Assembly (NCBI RefSeq): GCF_009914755.1
Contig: NC_060933.1
Source: the human T2T-CHM13v2.0 reference genome, Homo sapiens
DNA: 64,000 nt
Strand: one strand, 5' to 3'
The position numbers were made by a program, and so were the translations under genes. Under the pieces are notes generated by a model. That model had not been told where the DNA came from. It worked only from the letters and a program-made list of their open reading frames with translations, and searched no databases. Positions 1-13,600 of the stretch are shown here, piece by piece. The first letter of the stretch is position 1. Each line of letters begins with the position of its first letter.

Positions 1-61
1 AGTACAATGGAACGGAATGGAATGTAATGTAATGTAATGTAATGGAATGGAATGGAATGGA

Positions 62-1195
62 ATGGAATGGAATCAACCCGAGTGCAATGGAATGGAGAGG
101 AATGGAATGGAATGGAATGGAAACTACCCGAATGGAATGGAATGTAAGGGAGTGTAAGGGAATTGAATAGAATCAATCCGAATGGAATGGAATGGAATGG
201 AACGGAATGCAATGTAATGGAATGGAATGGAGTCAACCCGAGTGCAGGGGAATGGAATGGAATGGAATGCAATGGAATGGAATCATCCGGAATGGAATGG
301 AATGGAATGCAATGGAGTGGTATGGAATGGAATGGAATCAACCTGAGTGCAATGGAATGGATTGAAATGGAATGGAATGGAATGGAGACAACCAGAATGG
401 ATTGCAATATAATGGAGTGTAAGGGAATTGAATAGAATCAATCTGAATGTAATGAAATGGAATGGAACGGAATGGAATGGAATGGAATGGAATGGAATGG
501 AATGGAATGGAATGCAATGGAATGGAATCAACCCGAGTGCAATCGAATGGAATCTAATGGAATGGAATGCAATGGAATGGATTCAACTTGAATGGAATGG
601 AAAGAATGGAATCAACACGAGTGGAATGGGATGGATTGGAATGGAATGGAATGGAATCAACCCGAGTATAGGGGAATGGAATGGAATGGAATGCAATGGA
701 ATGGAATCATCCGTAATGGAATGAAAAGGAATGGAATGGAATGGAATGGAATGGAATGGAATGGAATCAACTCGATTGCAATCAAATGGAATGGAATGGA
801 ATTAAGCGAATAGAATGGAATGGAATGGAATGGAACGGAACGGAATGGAATGGAATGGAATGGAATGGAATGGAATGGAACGGAAAGGAAGGGAATGGAA
901 TGGAATAGAATGGAATGGAATGGAATCAACGCGAGTGCAGGGGAATGGAATGGAATGGAATCAACGCGAGTGCAGGGGAATGGAATGGAATGGAATGCAA
1001 TGGAATGGAATCTTCCGGAATGGAATGGAATGGAATGGAATGGAATGGAATGGAATCAACCCGAGTGCAATGGAATGGAGTGGAATGGAATGGAATGGAA
1101 TGGAACAACCCGAATGGAATGGAATGGAATGGAGAGTAAGGGAGTTGAATAGAATAAATCCGAATGGAATGGAATGGAATGGAATGGAATGGAAT
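62..1195 (+). repeat. Duplicated block A, copy 1 (paralog at about 15605-16745, offset 15543-15553)
   Basis: Identical ORF translations at offset 15543 (163/15706, 428/15971, 592/16135). Shared private variants: gtaagggagtgtaaggg, ggagtggtatgg, aatctaatgg, gaaaagg, attaagcgaa and a doubled caacgcgagt. Confidence 0.9.
1007..1021. promoter_or_regulatory. Canonical heat-shock element nGAAnnTTCnnGAAn (gGAAtcTTCcgGAAt); first of about 44 intact copies in the window
   Basis: Exact match to the three-pentamer inverted HSF1 consensus. Further copies have the first GAA at about 2371, 3229, 4217, 5180, 6148, 11784, 12793, 13651, 16561, 17664, 19517, 21320 and so on to 59389 and 63347. The motif match is seen directly; function is inferred from known HSF1 binding to SatIII. 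Confidence 0.7.
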
Positions 1196-1199
1196 GGAA

Positions 1200-4100
1200 T
1201 GGAATGATACGGAATAGAATGGAATGGAACGAAATGGAATGGAATGGAATGGAATGGAATGGAATGGAATGGAATGGAATGGAATCGTTCTGAGTGGAAT
1301 AGGAGGGAATGTATTCGAGTGGAATGGAAAGGAATGGAAAAAACCTGAGTGGAATGGAAGGGAATGGAATGGAAAGGAAACTAATAGAATGGAATCAACC
1401 CGAGAGGAATGGAATGGAAAGGACTGGAATGGAATGGAATGGAATGGAATCAACTCGATTGAATTGGAATGGAATGGAATGGAATGGAATGGAATGGAAT
1501 GGAATGGAATGGAATGGAATTAACCCAAATACAATGCAATGGAATGGAATGGAACGGAATGGAGTGGAATCGAATGGAATCAACCCGAGTGCAGGGGAAT
1601 GGAATGGAATGGAATGCAATGGAATGGAATCATCCGGAATGGAATGGAATGGAATGGAATGCAAAGCAATGGAATCAACTCGATTGCAATGGAATGGAAT
1701 GGAATGGAAAGGAATACATTGGAATCAACCCGAGTGGAATGGAATGGAAAGGACTGGAATGGAGTGGAATGGAATGGAATGGAATGGAATGGAATCAACT
1801 CGATTGGAATGGAATGGAATGGAATGGAATGGAATGGAATGGAATGGAATTAATCCGAATAGAATGGAATGGAATGGAATGGAACGGAACGGAATGGAAT
1901 GGAATGGAATGGAATGCAATGGAAACAACCCGACTGCAGGGGAATGGAATGGAATGGAATGCAATGGAATGGATTAAACTTGAATGGAATGGAAAGAATG
2001 GAATCAACACGAGTGGAGTTGCATGGATTGGAATGGAATGGAATGGAATCAACACGAGTACAGGGGAATGGAATGGAATGGAATGCAATGGAATGGAATC
2101 ATCCGTAATGGAATGGAAAGGAATGGAATGGAATGGAATGGAATGGAATCAACTCGATTGCAATCGAATGGAATGGAATGGAATTAACCCGAATAGAATG
2201 GAATGGAATGGAATGGAACGGAACGGAACGGAATGGAATGGATTGGAATGGAATGGAATGGAATGGAATGGAACGGAAAGGAATGGAATGGAATGGAATG
2301 GAATGGAAAGGAATGGAATGGAATCAACGCGAGTGCAGGGGAATGGAATGGAATGGAATGCAATGGAATGGAATCTTCCGGAATGGAATGGAATGGAATG
2401 GAATGGAATGGAATAAACCCGAGTGCAATGGAATAGAGTGGAATGGAATGGAATGGAATGGAACAACCCGAATGGAATGGAATGTAATGGAGAGTAAGGG
2501 AGTTGAATAGAATCAATCCGAATGTAATGGAATGGAATGGAACGGAATGGAATTGAATGGAATGGAATGGAATGCAATGGAATGGAATCAACCCGAGTGC
2601 AATGGAATGGACAGGAATGGAATGGAATGGAATGGAAACTACCCGAATGGAATGGAATGTAATGGAGTGTAAGGGAATTGAATAGAATCAATCCGAATGT
2701 AATGGAATGGAATGGAACGGAATGGAATGGAATGGAATGGAATGGAATGGAATGGAATGCAATGGAATGGAATCAACCCGAGTGCAATCGAATGGAATCG
2801 AATGGAATGGAATGCAATGGAATGGATTCAACTTGAATGGAATGGAAAGAATGGAATCAACACGAGTGGAATGGTATGGATTGGAATGGAATGGAATGGA
2901 ATCAACCCGAGTACAGGGGAATGGAATGGAATGGAATGCAATGGAATGGAATCATCCGTAATGGAATGGAAAGCAATGGAATGGAATGGAATGGAATGGA
3001 ATGGAATGGAATGGAACTCAACTCGATTGCAATCGAATGGAATGGAATGGAATTAACCAGAATAGAATGGAATGGAATGGAATGGAATGGAACGGAATGG
3101 CATGGAATGGAATGGAATGGAATGGAATGGAACGGAACGGAACGGAATGGATCTAATGGAATGGAATGGATTGGAATGGAATCAACGCGAGTGCAGGGGA
3201 ATGGAATGGAATGGAATGCAATGGAATGGAATCTTCCGGAATGGAATGGAATGGAATGGAAGGGAAGGAAAGGCAATGGATTCAACTCGATTGCAATGGA
3301 ATGGAATAGAATGGAATGGAATGGAATGGAATGGAATTAACCCGAATAGAATGGAATGGAATGGAATGGAACGGAATGGAACGGAATGGAATGGAATGGA
3401 ATGGTATGGAATGGAATGGAATGGTACTGAATAGAATGGAATGGAACGAATTGTAATGGAATGGAATTGAATGGAATGGAATGGAATGGAATGGAATCAA
3501 TGCGAGTGCATGGGAATGTAATGGAACGGAATGCAATGGAATGGAATCATCCGGAATGGAATGGAATGGAATGGAATGGAATGGAATGGAATCAACCCGA
3601 GTGCAATGGAATGGAGTGGAATGGAATGGAATGGAATGGAACAACCCGAATGGAATGGAATGTAATGGAGAGTAAGGGAGTTGAATAGAATCAATCCGAA
3701 TGTAATGGAATGGAATGCAACGGAATGGAATGGAATGGAATGGAATGGAACGCAATGCCATGGAATCAACCCGAGTGCAATAGAATGGATTCGAATGGAA
3801 TGGAATGCAATGGAATGGATTCAACTTGAATGGAATGGAAAGAATGGAATCAACACGAGTGGAATGGCATGGATTGGAATGGAATGGAATGGGATCAACC
3901 CGAGTACAGGGGAATGGAATGGAATGGAATGCAATGGAATGGAATCATCCGTAATGGAATGGAAAGGAATGGAATGGAATGGAATGGAATGGAATGGAAT
4001 GGAATGGAATGGAATCAACTCGATTGCAATCGAATGGAATGGAATGGAATTAACCCGAATAGAATGGAATGGAATGGAATGGAATGCAACGGAACGGAAT

Positions 4101-6760
4101 GGAATGGAATGGAATGGAATGGAATGGAACCGAACGGAACGGAATGGAATGGAATGGAATGGAATGGAATCAACGCGAGTGCAGGGGAATGGAATGGAAT
4201 GGAATGCAATGGAATGGAATCTTCCGGAATGGAATGGAATGGAATGGAATGGAATGAAATGCAATGGATTCAACTCGATTGCAATGGAATGGAATAGAAT
4301 GGAATGGAATGGAATGGAATGGAATTAACCCGAATAGAATGGAATGGAATGGAATGGAACGGAATGGAACGGAATGGAATGGAATGGAATGCTATGGAAT
4401 GGAATGGAATGGTACTGAATAGAATGGAATGGAACGAATTGTAATGGAATGGAATTGAATGGAATGGAATGGAATGGAATGGAATCAACGCGAGTGCAGG
4501 GGAATGTAATGGAACGGAATGCAATGGAATGGAATCATCCGGAATGGAATGGAATGGAATGGAATGGAATGGAATGGAATCAACCCGAGTGCAATGGAAT
4601 GGAGTGGAATGGAATGGAATGGAATGGAACAACCCGAATGGAATGGAATGTAATGGAGAGTAAGGGAGTTGAATAGAATCAATCCGAATGTAATGGAATG
4701 GAATGCAACGGAATGGAATGGAATGGAATGGAATGGAATGCAATGCAATGGAATCAACCCGAGTGCAATAGAATGGATTCGAATGGAATGGAATGCAATG
4801 GAATGGATTCAACTTGAATGGAATGGAAAGAATGGAATCAACACGAGTGGAAAGGCATGGATTGGAATGGAATGGAATGGGATCAACCCGAGTACAGGGG
4901 AATGGAATGGAATGCAATGCAATGGAATGGAATCATCCGTAATGGAATGGAAAGGAATGGAATGGAATGGAATGGAATGGAATGGAATCAACTCGATTGC
5001 AATCGAATGGAATGGAATGGAATTAACCCGAATAGAATGGAATGGAATGGAATGGAATGCAACGGAACGGAATGGAATGGAATGGAATGGAACCGAACGG
5101 AACGGAATGGAATGGAATGGAATGGAATGGAATCAACGCGAGTGCAGGGGAATGGAATGGAATGGAATGCAATGGAATGGAATCTTCCGGAATGGAATGG
5201 AATGGAATGAAATGCAATGGATTCAACTCGATTGCAATGGAATGGAATAGAATGGAATGGAATGGAATGGAATGGAATTAATCCGAATAGAATGGAATGG
5301 AATGGAATGGAACGGAATGGAACGGAATGGAATGGAATGGAATGGTATGGAATGGAATGGAATGGTACTGAATAGAATGGAATGGAACGAATTGTAATGG
5401 AATGGAATTGAATGGAATGGAATGGAATGGAATGGAACCAACGCGAGTGCAGGGGAATGTAATGGAACGGAATGCAATGGAATGGAATCATCCGGAATGG
5501 AATGGAATGGAATGGAATGGAATGGAATGGAATCAACCCGAGTGCAATGGAATGGAGTGGAATGGAATGGAATGGAATGGAACAACCCGAATGGAATGGA
5601 ATGTAATGGAGAGTAAGGGAGTTGAATAGAATCAATCCGAATGTAATGGAATGGAATGCAACGGAATGGAATGGAATGGAATGGAATGGAATGCAATGCC
5701 ATGGAATCAACCCGAGTGCAATAGAATGGATTCGAATGGAATGGAATGCAATGGAATGGATTCAACTTGAATGGAATGGAAAGAATGGAATCAACACGAG
5801 TGGAATAGCATGGATTGGAATGGAATGGAATGGGATCAACCCCAGTACAGGGGAATGGAATGGAATGGAATGCAATGGAATGGAATCATCCGTAATGGAA
5901 TGGAAAGGAATGGAATGGAATGGAATGGAATGGAATGGAATGGAATCAACTCCATTGCAATCGAATGGAATGGAATGGAATTAACCCGAATAGAATGGAA
6001 TGGAATGGAATGGAATGCAACGGAACGGAATGGAATGGAATGGAATGGAATGGAATGGAACCGAACGGAACGGAATGGAATGGAATGGAATGGAATGGAA
6101 TCAACGCGAGTGCAGGGGAATGGAATGGAATGGAATGCAATGGAATGGAATCTTCCGGAATGGAATGGAATGGAATGGAATGGAATGAAATGCAATGGAT
6201 TCAACTCGATTGCAATGGAATGGAATAGAATGGAATGGAATGGAATGGAATGGAATTAATCCGAATAGAATGGAATGGAATGGAATGGAACGGAATGGAA
6301 CGGAATGGAATGGAATGGAATGGAATGGAATGGTATGGATTGGAATGGAATGGTACGGAATAGAATGGAATGGAACGAATTGTAATGGAATGGAATTGAA
6401 TGGAATGGAATGGAATGGAATGGAATGGAATCAACGCGAGTGCAGGGGAATGTAATGGAACGGAATGCAATGGAATGGAATCATCCGGAATGGAAAGGAA
6501 TGGAATGGAATGGAATGCAATGGAATGGAATCAACCCGAGTGCAATGGAATGTAATGGAGAGTAAGGGAGTTGAATAGAATCAATCCGAATGTAATGGAA
6601 TGGAATGCAACGGAATGGAATGGAATGGAATGGAATGGAATGGAATCAACTCGATTGCAATCGAATGGAATGGAATGGAATTAACCCGAATAGAATGGAA
6701 TGGAGTGTAATGGAACGGAACGGAATGGAATGGAATGGAATGGAACGGAAAGGAAGGGAA
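1200..6760 (+). repeat. Duplicated block B, copy 1 (paralog at about 20150-24675, offset 18944-18954, then about 18011 and 17916)
   Basis: Shared private variants: cgttctgagt (1286/20230), ggattaaacttg (1971/20920), ggagttgcatgg, gacagg, ggaactcaact, ggaagggaaggaaaggcaat, gcatggg and ggagtgtaatggaacgg (6702/24618). Confidence 0.9.
3278..6197 (+). repeat. Tandem triplication of a ~1 kb unit (988, 953 and 978 bp)
   Basis: ggattcaactcgattgc occurs at 3278, 4266, 5219 and 6197. Each unit carries the private markers ggtactgaatag, ggattcgaat, gggatcaacc and gaaccgaacgg. Confidence 0.9.
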
Positions 6761-7639
6761 TAGAATGGAATGGAATGGAATGGAATGGAATGGAATGGTA
6801 CGGAATAGAATGGAATGGAACGAAATGGAATGGAATGGAATGGAATGGAATGGAATGGAATGGAATGGAATGGAATGGAATCAACTCGATTGCAATCGAA
6901 TGGAATGGAATGGAATTAACCCGAATAGAATGGAATGGAAGGGAATGGAACGGAACGGAATAGAATGGAATGGAATGGAATGGAATGGAACGGAAAGGAA
7001 TGGAATGGAATGGAATGGAATGGAATGGAATGGAATGGAATCAACGCGAGTGCAGGGGAATGGAATGGAATCAAATGGAATGGAATGGAATCAACCGGAG
7101 TGCAGGGGAATGTAATGGAACGGAATGCAATGGAATGGAAACATCCGGAATGGAATGGAATGGAATGGAATGGAATGGAATGGATTGGAATGGAGTGGAA
7201 CAACCCGAATGGAATGGAATGTAATGGAGAGTAAGGGAGTTGAATAGAATCAATCCGAATATAATAGAATGGAATGGAACGGAATGGAATGGAATGGAAT
7301 GGAATGGAATGGAATGGAATCAACCCGAGTACAATGGAATGGAATGGAATGGAATGGAATGGAATGGAATGGAATGGAATGGAAATGAATGGAATGGAAT
7401 CAAGCCAAGTGCAATGGAATGCAGTGGAATGGAATGGAAAGGAATGGAATGGAAAGCAATTGAATGGAATGGAATGACTTCAAACAGAATGGAATGGAAA
7501 GGAATGGAATCAACACGAGTGGAACGGAATGGAATGGAATGGAGTGGTATGGAATGGAATGGAATGGAACAACCCGAATGGAATGGAATGTAATGGAGAG
7601 TAAGGGAGTTGAATAGAATCAATCCGAATGTAATGGAAT

Positions 7640-8340
7640 GGAATGCAACGAAATGGAATGGAATGGAATGCAATGGAATGGAATGCAAAGGAATGGAATC
7701 AACCGGAGTGGAATGGCATGGAATGGAATGCAATGGATTGGAATGGAATGGAATCAACTCGAGTGGAAAGGAATGGAATGGAATGGAAAGGAATGGAATG
7801 AAGTCAACTCGAGTGGAATGGAATGGAATGGAATGGATTGGAATGGATTGCAATGGAATGAAATGGAATGGAATGGAATGGAATCAATCATTCCGAGTGG
7901 AATGGAAGGGAATGTAATGGAGTGGAAAGAAGGGAATGGAATCAACCCGAGTGGAATGCAAGGCAATGGAATGGAATGGAAAGGAATGGAATGGAATCAA
8001 CTCGATTGCAATGGAATGGAATGGAATGGAATGGAATGGAATGGAATGGAATGGAATTAACCGGAATAGAATGGAATGGAATGGAATGGAACGGAATGGA
8101 ATGGAATGGAAGGGAATGGAATCAACACGAGTGCAGGGGAATGGAATGGAATGGAATGCAATGGAATGGAATCATCCGGAATGGAAAGGAATGGAATGGA
8201 ATCAACTCCATTGCAATGGAATGGAATGGAATGGAATGGAATAGAATGGAATGGAATTAACCCGAATAGAATGGAATGCAATAGAATGGAATGCAACGGA
8301 ACCGAATGGAGTGGAATGGAATGGAATGGAATCAACCCGA
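7640..8340 (+). repeat. Rare divergent HSat3 block, copy 1 (paralog at about 35950-36630; partial copy at about 37860-38340)
   Basis: gaagtcaactcgagtgg, caatcattccgagtgg, ggaaagaagggaat and gcaaggcaat are found only here and in the 36-38 kb region. ORFs ending ...NQSFRVEWKGM at 7917 and 36233 give an offset of 28316. Confidence 0.85.
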
Positions 8341-10139
8341 GTAGAATGGAAAGGAATGGAATGGAATGGAAACTAATAGAATGGAATCAACCCGAGTGGA
8401 ATGGAATGGAAAGGACTGGAATGGAAAGGAATGGAATGGAATGGAATGGAATGGAATGGAATGGAATGGAATCAACGCGAGTGCAGGGGAATGGAATGGA
8501 ATCGAATAGAATGGAATGGAATGGAATGGAATCAACCCGAGTGCAATGGAATGGAGTGGAATGGAATGGAATGGAATGGAACAACCCGAATGGAATGGAA
8601 TGTAATGGAGAGTAAGGGAGTTGAAAAGAATCAATCCGAATGTAATGGAATGGAATGGAACGGAATGGAATGGAATGCAATGGAATGGAATGCAATGGAA
8701 TGGAATCAACCCGAGTACAATGGAATGGAATGGAATGGAATGGAATGGAATGGAATGGAATGGAATGGAATGCAATGGATTCAACTCGATTGCAATGGAA
8801 TGGAATAGAATGGAATGGAATGGAATGGAATGGAATTAAACCGAATAGAATGGAATGGAATGGAATGGAACGGAACGGAACGGAACGGAACGGAACGGAA
8901 CGGAGTGGAATGGAATGGAATGGAATTGTATGGAATGGAATGGCATGGTACGGAATAGAATGGAATGGAAAGAATTGGAATGGAATGGAATCGAATGGAA
9001 TGGAATGGAATGGAATGGAATCAACCCGAGTGCAGGGGAATGTAATGGAACGGAATGGAATGGAATGGAATCATCCGGAATGGAATGGAATGGAATGGAA
9101 TGGAATGGAATGGAATGGAATGGAATCAACCCGAGTGCAATGGAATGGAGTGGAACGGAATGGAATGGAATGGAACAACCCGAATGGAATGGAATGTAAT
9201 GGAGAGTAAGGGAGTTGAATAGAATCAATCCGAATGTAATGGAATGGAACGGAATGGAATGGAATGGAATGGAATGGAATGCAATGGAATGGAATCAACC
9301 CGAGTACAATGGAACGGAATGGAATGGAATGGAATGGCATGGAATGGAATGGAGTGATACGGAATAGAATGGAATGGAACGAAATGGAATGGAATGGAAT
9401 GGAATGGAATGGAATGGAATGGAGTGGAATCGTTCCGAGTGGAATAGCAGGGAATGTATTCGAGTGGAATGGAAAGGAATGGAATCAACCAGAGTAGAAT
9501 GGAAGGGAATGGAATGGAATGGAAACTAATAGAATGGAATCAACCCGAGTGGAATGGAATGGAAAGGACTGGAATGGAAAGGAATGGAATGGAATGCAAT
9601 GGAATGGAATGGAATGGAATGGAATCAACGCGAGTGCAGGGGAATGGAATGGAATGGAATGGAATGGAATGGAATGGAATCAACGCGAGTGCAGGGGAAT
9701 GGAATGGAATCGAATGGAATGGAATGGAATGGAATGGAATTAACACGAGTGCAGGGGAATGTAATGGAACGGAATGCAATGGAATGGAATCATCCGGAAT
9801 GGAATGGAATGGAATGGAATGGAATCAACCCGAGTGCAATGGAATGGAGTGGAATGGAATGGAATGGAATGGAACAACCCGAATGGAATGGAATGTAATG
9901 GAGAGTAAGGGAGTTGAAAAGAATCAATCCGAATGTAATGGAATGGAATGGAACGGAACGGAATGGAATGGAATGGAATGGAATGCAATGGAATGGAATC
10001 AACCCGAGTACAATGGAATGGAATGGAATGGAATGGAATGGAATGGAATGGAATGGAATGGAATGCAATGGAATGGAATCTTCCGAAATGGAATGGAATG
10101 GAATGGAATGGAATGGAATGGAATGGAATGGAATGCAAT

Positions 10140-10660
10140 GGATTCAACTCGATTGCAATGGAATGGAATAGAATGGAATGGAATGGAATGGAATGGATTT
10201 ATACCGAATAGAATGGAATGGAATGGAATGGAACGGAACGGAACGGAACGGAACGGAACGGAACGGAACGGAACTGAACGGAGTGGAATGGAATGGAATG
10301 GAATTGTATGGAATGGAATGGCATGGTACGGAATAGAATGGAAGGGAAAGAATTGGAATGGAATGGAATCGAATGGAATGGAATGGAATGGAATGGAATG
10401 GAATGGAATGCAATGGATTCAACTCGATTGCAATGGAATGGAATAGAATGGAATGGAATGGAATGGAATGGAATTATACCGAATAGAATGGAATGGAATG
10501 GAATGGAACGGAACGGAACGGAACGGAACGGAACGGAACGGAACTGAACGGAGTGGAATGGAATGGAATGGAATTGTATGGAATGGAATGGCATGGTACG
10601 GAATAGAATGGAAGGGAAAGAATTGGAATGGAATGGAATTGAATGGAATGGAATGGAATG
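10140..10660 (+). repeat. ~275 bp tandem duplication containing (GGAAC)9 and (GGAAC)8 microsatellites
   Basis: gattcaactcgattgc occurs at 10141 and 10416. Both copies share tataccgaat, gaactgaacggagtgg and gaagggaaagaattgg. Confidence 0.9.
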
Positions 10661-13600
10661 GAATCAACCCGAGTGCAGGGGAATGTAATGGAACGGAATG
10701 CAATGGAATGGAATCATCCGGAATGGAATGGAATGGAATGGAATGGAATGGAATGGAATGGAATGGAATCAACCCGAGTGCAATGGAATGGAGTGGAATG
10801 GAATGGAATGGAATGGAACAACCCGAATGGAATGGAATGTAATGGAGAGTAAGGGAGTTGAAAAGAATCAATCCGAATGTAATGGAATGGAATGGAACGG
10901 AACGGAATGGAATGGAATGGAATGGAATGCAATGGAATGGAATCAACCCGAGTACAATGGAATGGAATGGAATGGAATGGAATGGAATGGAATGGAATGG
11001 AATGCAATGGAATGGAATCATCCGGAATGGAATGGAATGGAATGCAATGGAATGGAATGGAATGGAATCAACCCGAGTGCAATGGAATGGAGTGAAATGG
11101 AATGGAATGGAATGGAAACAACCAGAATGGATTGGAATATAATGGAGTGTAAGGGAATTGAATAGAATAAATCTGAATGTAATGAAATGGAATGGAACGG
11201 AATGGAATGGAATGGAATGGAATGGAATGGAATCAACTCGATTGCAATCGACTGGAATGGAATGGAATTAACCCGAATAGAATGGAATGGAATGGAATGG
11301 AACGGAACGGAATGGAATGGAATGGAATGGAATGAAATGTAACGGAAAGGAATGGAATGCAATGGAATGGAATGGAATGGAATGGAATCAACGCGAGTGC
11401 AGGGGAATGGAATGGAATCCAATGGAATGGAAAGGAATGGAATGGAATCAACCCGAGTGCAGGGGAATGTAATAGAACGGAATGCAATGGAATGGAATCA
11501 TCCGGAATGGAATGGAATGGAATGGAATGGAATCAACCCGAGTGCAATGGAATGGAGTGGAATGGAATGGAATGGAATGGAACAACCCGAATGGAATGGA
11601 ATGTAATGGAGAGTAAGGGAGTTGAAAAGAATCAATCCGAATGTAATGCAATGGAATGGAACGGAATGGAATGGAATGGAATGGAATGGAATGGAATGCA
11701 ATGGAAAGGAATCAACCCGAGTACAATGGAATGGAATGGAATGGAATGGAATGGAATGGAATGGAATGGAATGCAATGGAATGGAATCTTCCGGAATGGA
11801 ATGGAATGGAATGGAATGGAATGGAATGGAATGCAATGGATTCAACTCGATTGCAATGGAACGGAATAGAATGGAATGGAATGGAATGGAATTAAACCGA
11901 ATAGAATGGAATGGAATGGAATGGAACGGAACAGAACGGAACGGAACGGAACGGAGTGGAATGGAATGGAATGGAATTGTATGGAATGGAATGGAATGGT
12001 ATGGAATACAATGGAATGGAAAGAATTGGAATGGAATGGAATCGAATGGAATGGAATGGAATGGAATGGAATCAACCCGAGTGCAGGGGAATGTAATGGA
12101 ACGGAATGCAATGGAATGGAATCATCCGGAATGGAATGGAATGGAATGGAATGGAATGGAATCAACCTGAGCGCAATGGAATGGAGTGAAATGGAATGGA
12201 ATGGAATGGAGACAACCAGAATGGATTGCAATATAATGGAGTGTAAGGGAATTGAATAGAATCAATCTGAATGTAATGAAATGGAATGGAACGGAATGGA
12301 ATGTAATGTAATGGAATGGAATGGAATGCAATGGAATGGAATCAACCCGAGTGCAATCGAATGGAATCGAATGGAATGCAATGCAATGGAATGGATTCAA
12401 CTTGAATGGAATGGAAAGAATGGAATCAACACGAGTGGAATGGCATGGATTGTAATGGAATGGAATGGAATCAACCCGAGTATAGGGGAATGGAATGGAA
12501 TGGAATGCAATGCAATGGAATCATCCGTAATGGAATGGAAAGGAATGGAATGGAATGGAATGGAATGGAATGGAATGGAATGGAATGGAATCAACTCGAT
12601 TGCAATCGAATGGAATGGAATGGAATTAACCCGAATAGAATGGAATGGAATGGAATGGAACGGAACGGAATGGAATGGAATGGAATGGAATGGAATGGAA
12701 CGGAAAGGAAGGGAATGGAATGGAATAGAATGGAATGGAATGGAATCAACGCGAGTGCAGGGGAATGGAATGGAATGGAATGCAATGGAATGGAATCTTC
12801 CGGAATGGAATGGAATGGAATGGAATGGAATGGAATGGAATGGAATCAACCCGAGTGCAATGGAATGGAGTGGAATGGAATGGAATGGAAGGGAACATAC
12901 CGAATGGAATGGAATGTAATGGAGAGTAAGGGAGTTGAATAGAATCAATCCGAATGTAATGGAATGGAATGGAACGGAATGGATTTGAATGGAATGGAAT
13001 GGAATGCAATGGAATGGAATCAACCCGAGTGCAATGGAATGGAGAGGAATGGAATGGAATGGAATGGAAACTACCCGAATGGAATGGAATGTAATGGAGT
13101 GTAAGGGAATTGAATAGAATCAATCCGAATGTAATGGAATGGAATGGAACGGAATGGAATGGAATGGAATGGAATGGAATGGAATGGAATGCAATGGAAT
13201 GGAATCAACCCGAGTGCAATCGAATGGAATCGAATGGAATGGAATGCAATGGAATGGATTCAACTTGAATGGAATGGAAAGAATGGAATCAACACGAGTG
13301 GAATGGCATGGAATGGAATGGAATGGAATGGAATGGAATGGAATCAACCCAAGTACAGGGGAATGGAATGGAATGGAATGCAATGGAATGGAATCATCCG
13401 CAATGGAATGGAAAGGAATGGAATGGAATGGAATGGAATGGAATCAACTCGATTGCAATCGAATGGAATGGAATGGAATTAACCCGAATAGACTGGAATG
13501 GAATGGAATGGAACGGAACGTAATGGAATGGAATGGAATGGAATGGAATGGAACGGAACGGAATGGAATGGAATGGAATGGAATGGAATGGAATGGAATG

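Noticed and set aside
241-260. G-quadruplex at gcaggggaat / gtaaggg words
   Set aside because: G3+ tracts are isolated, with at most two or three nearby. Only weak two-tier GG arrangements are possible.
1153-1158. AATAAA polyadenylation signals (also at 2412, 11166, 17141, 21361 and others)
   Set aside because: They arise from single substitutions in satellite words (mostly aatcaa to aataaa), with no downstream GU/U-rich element. Function cannot be supported from sequence.
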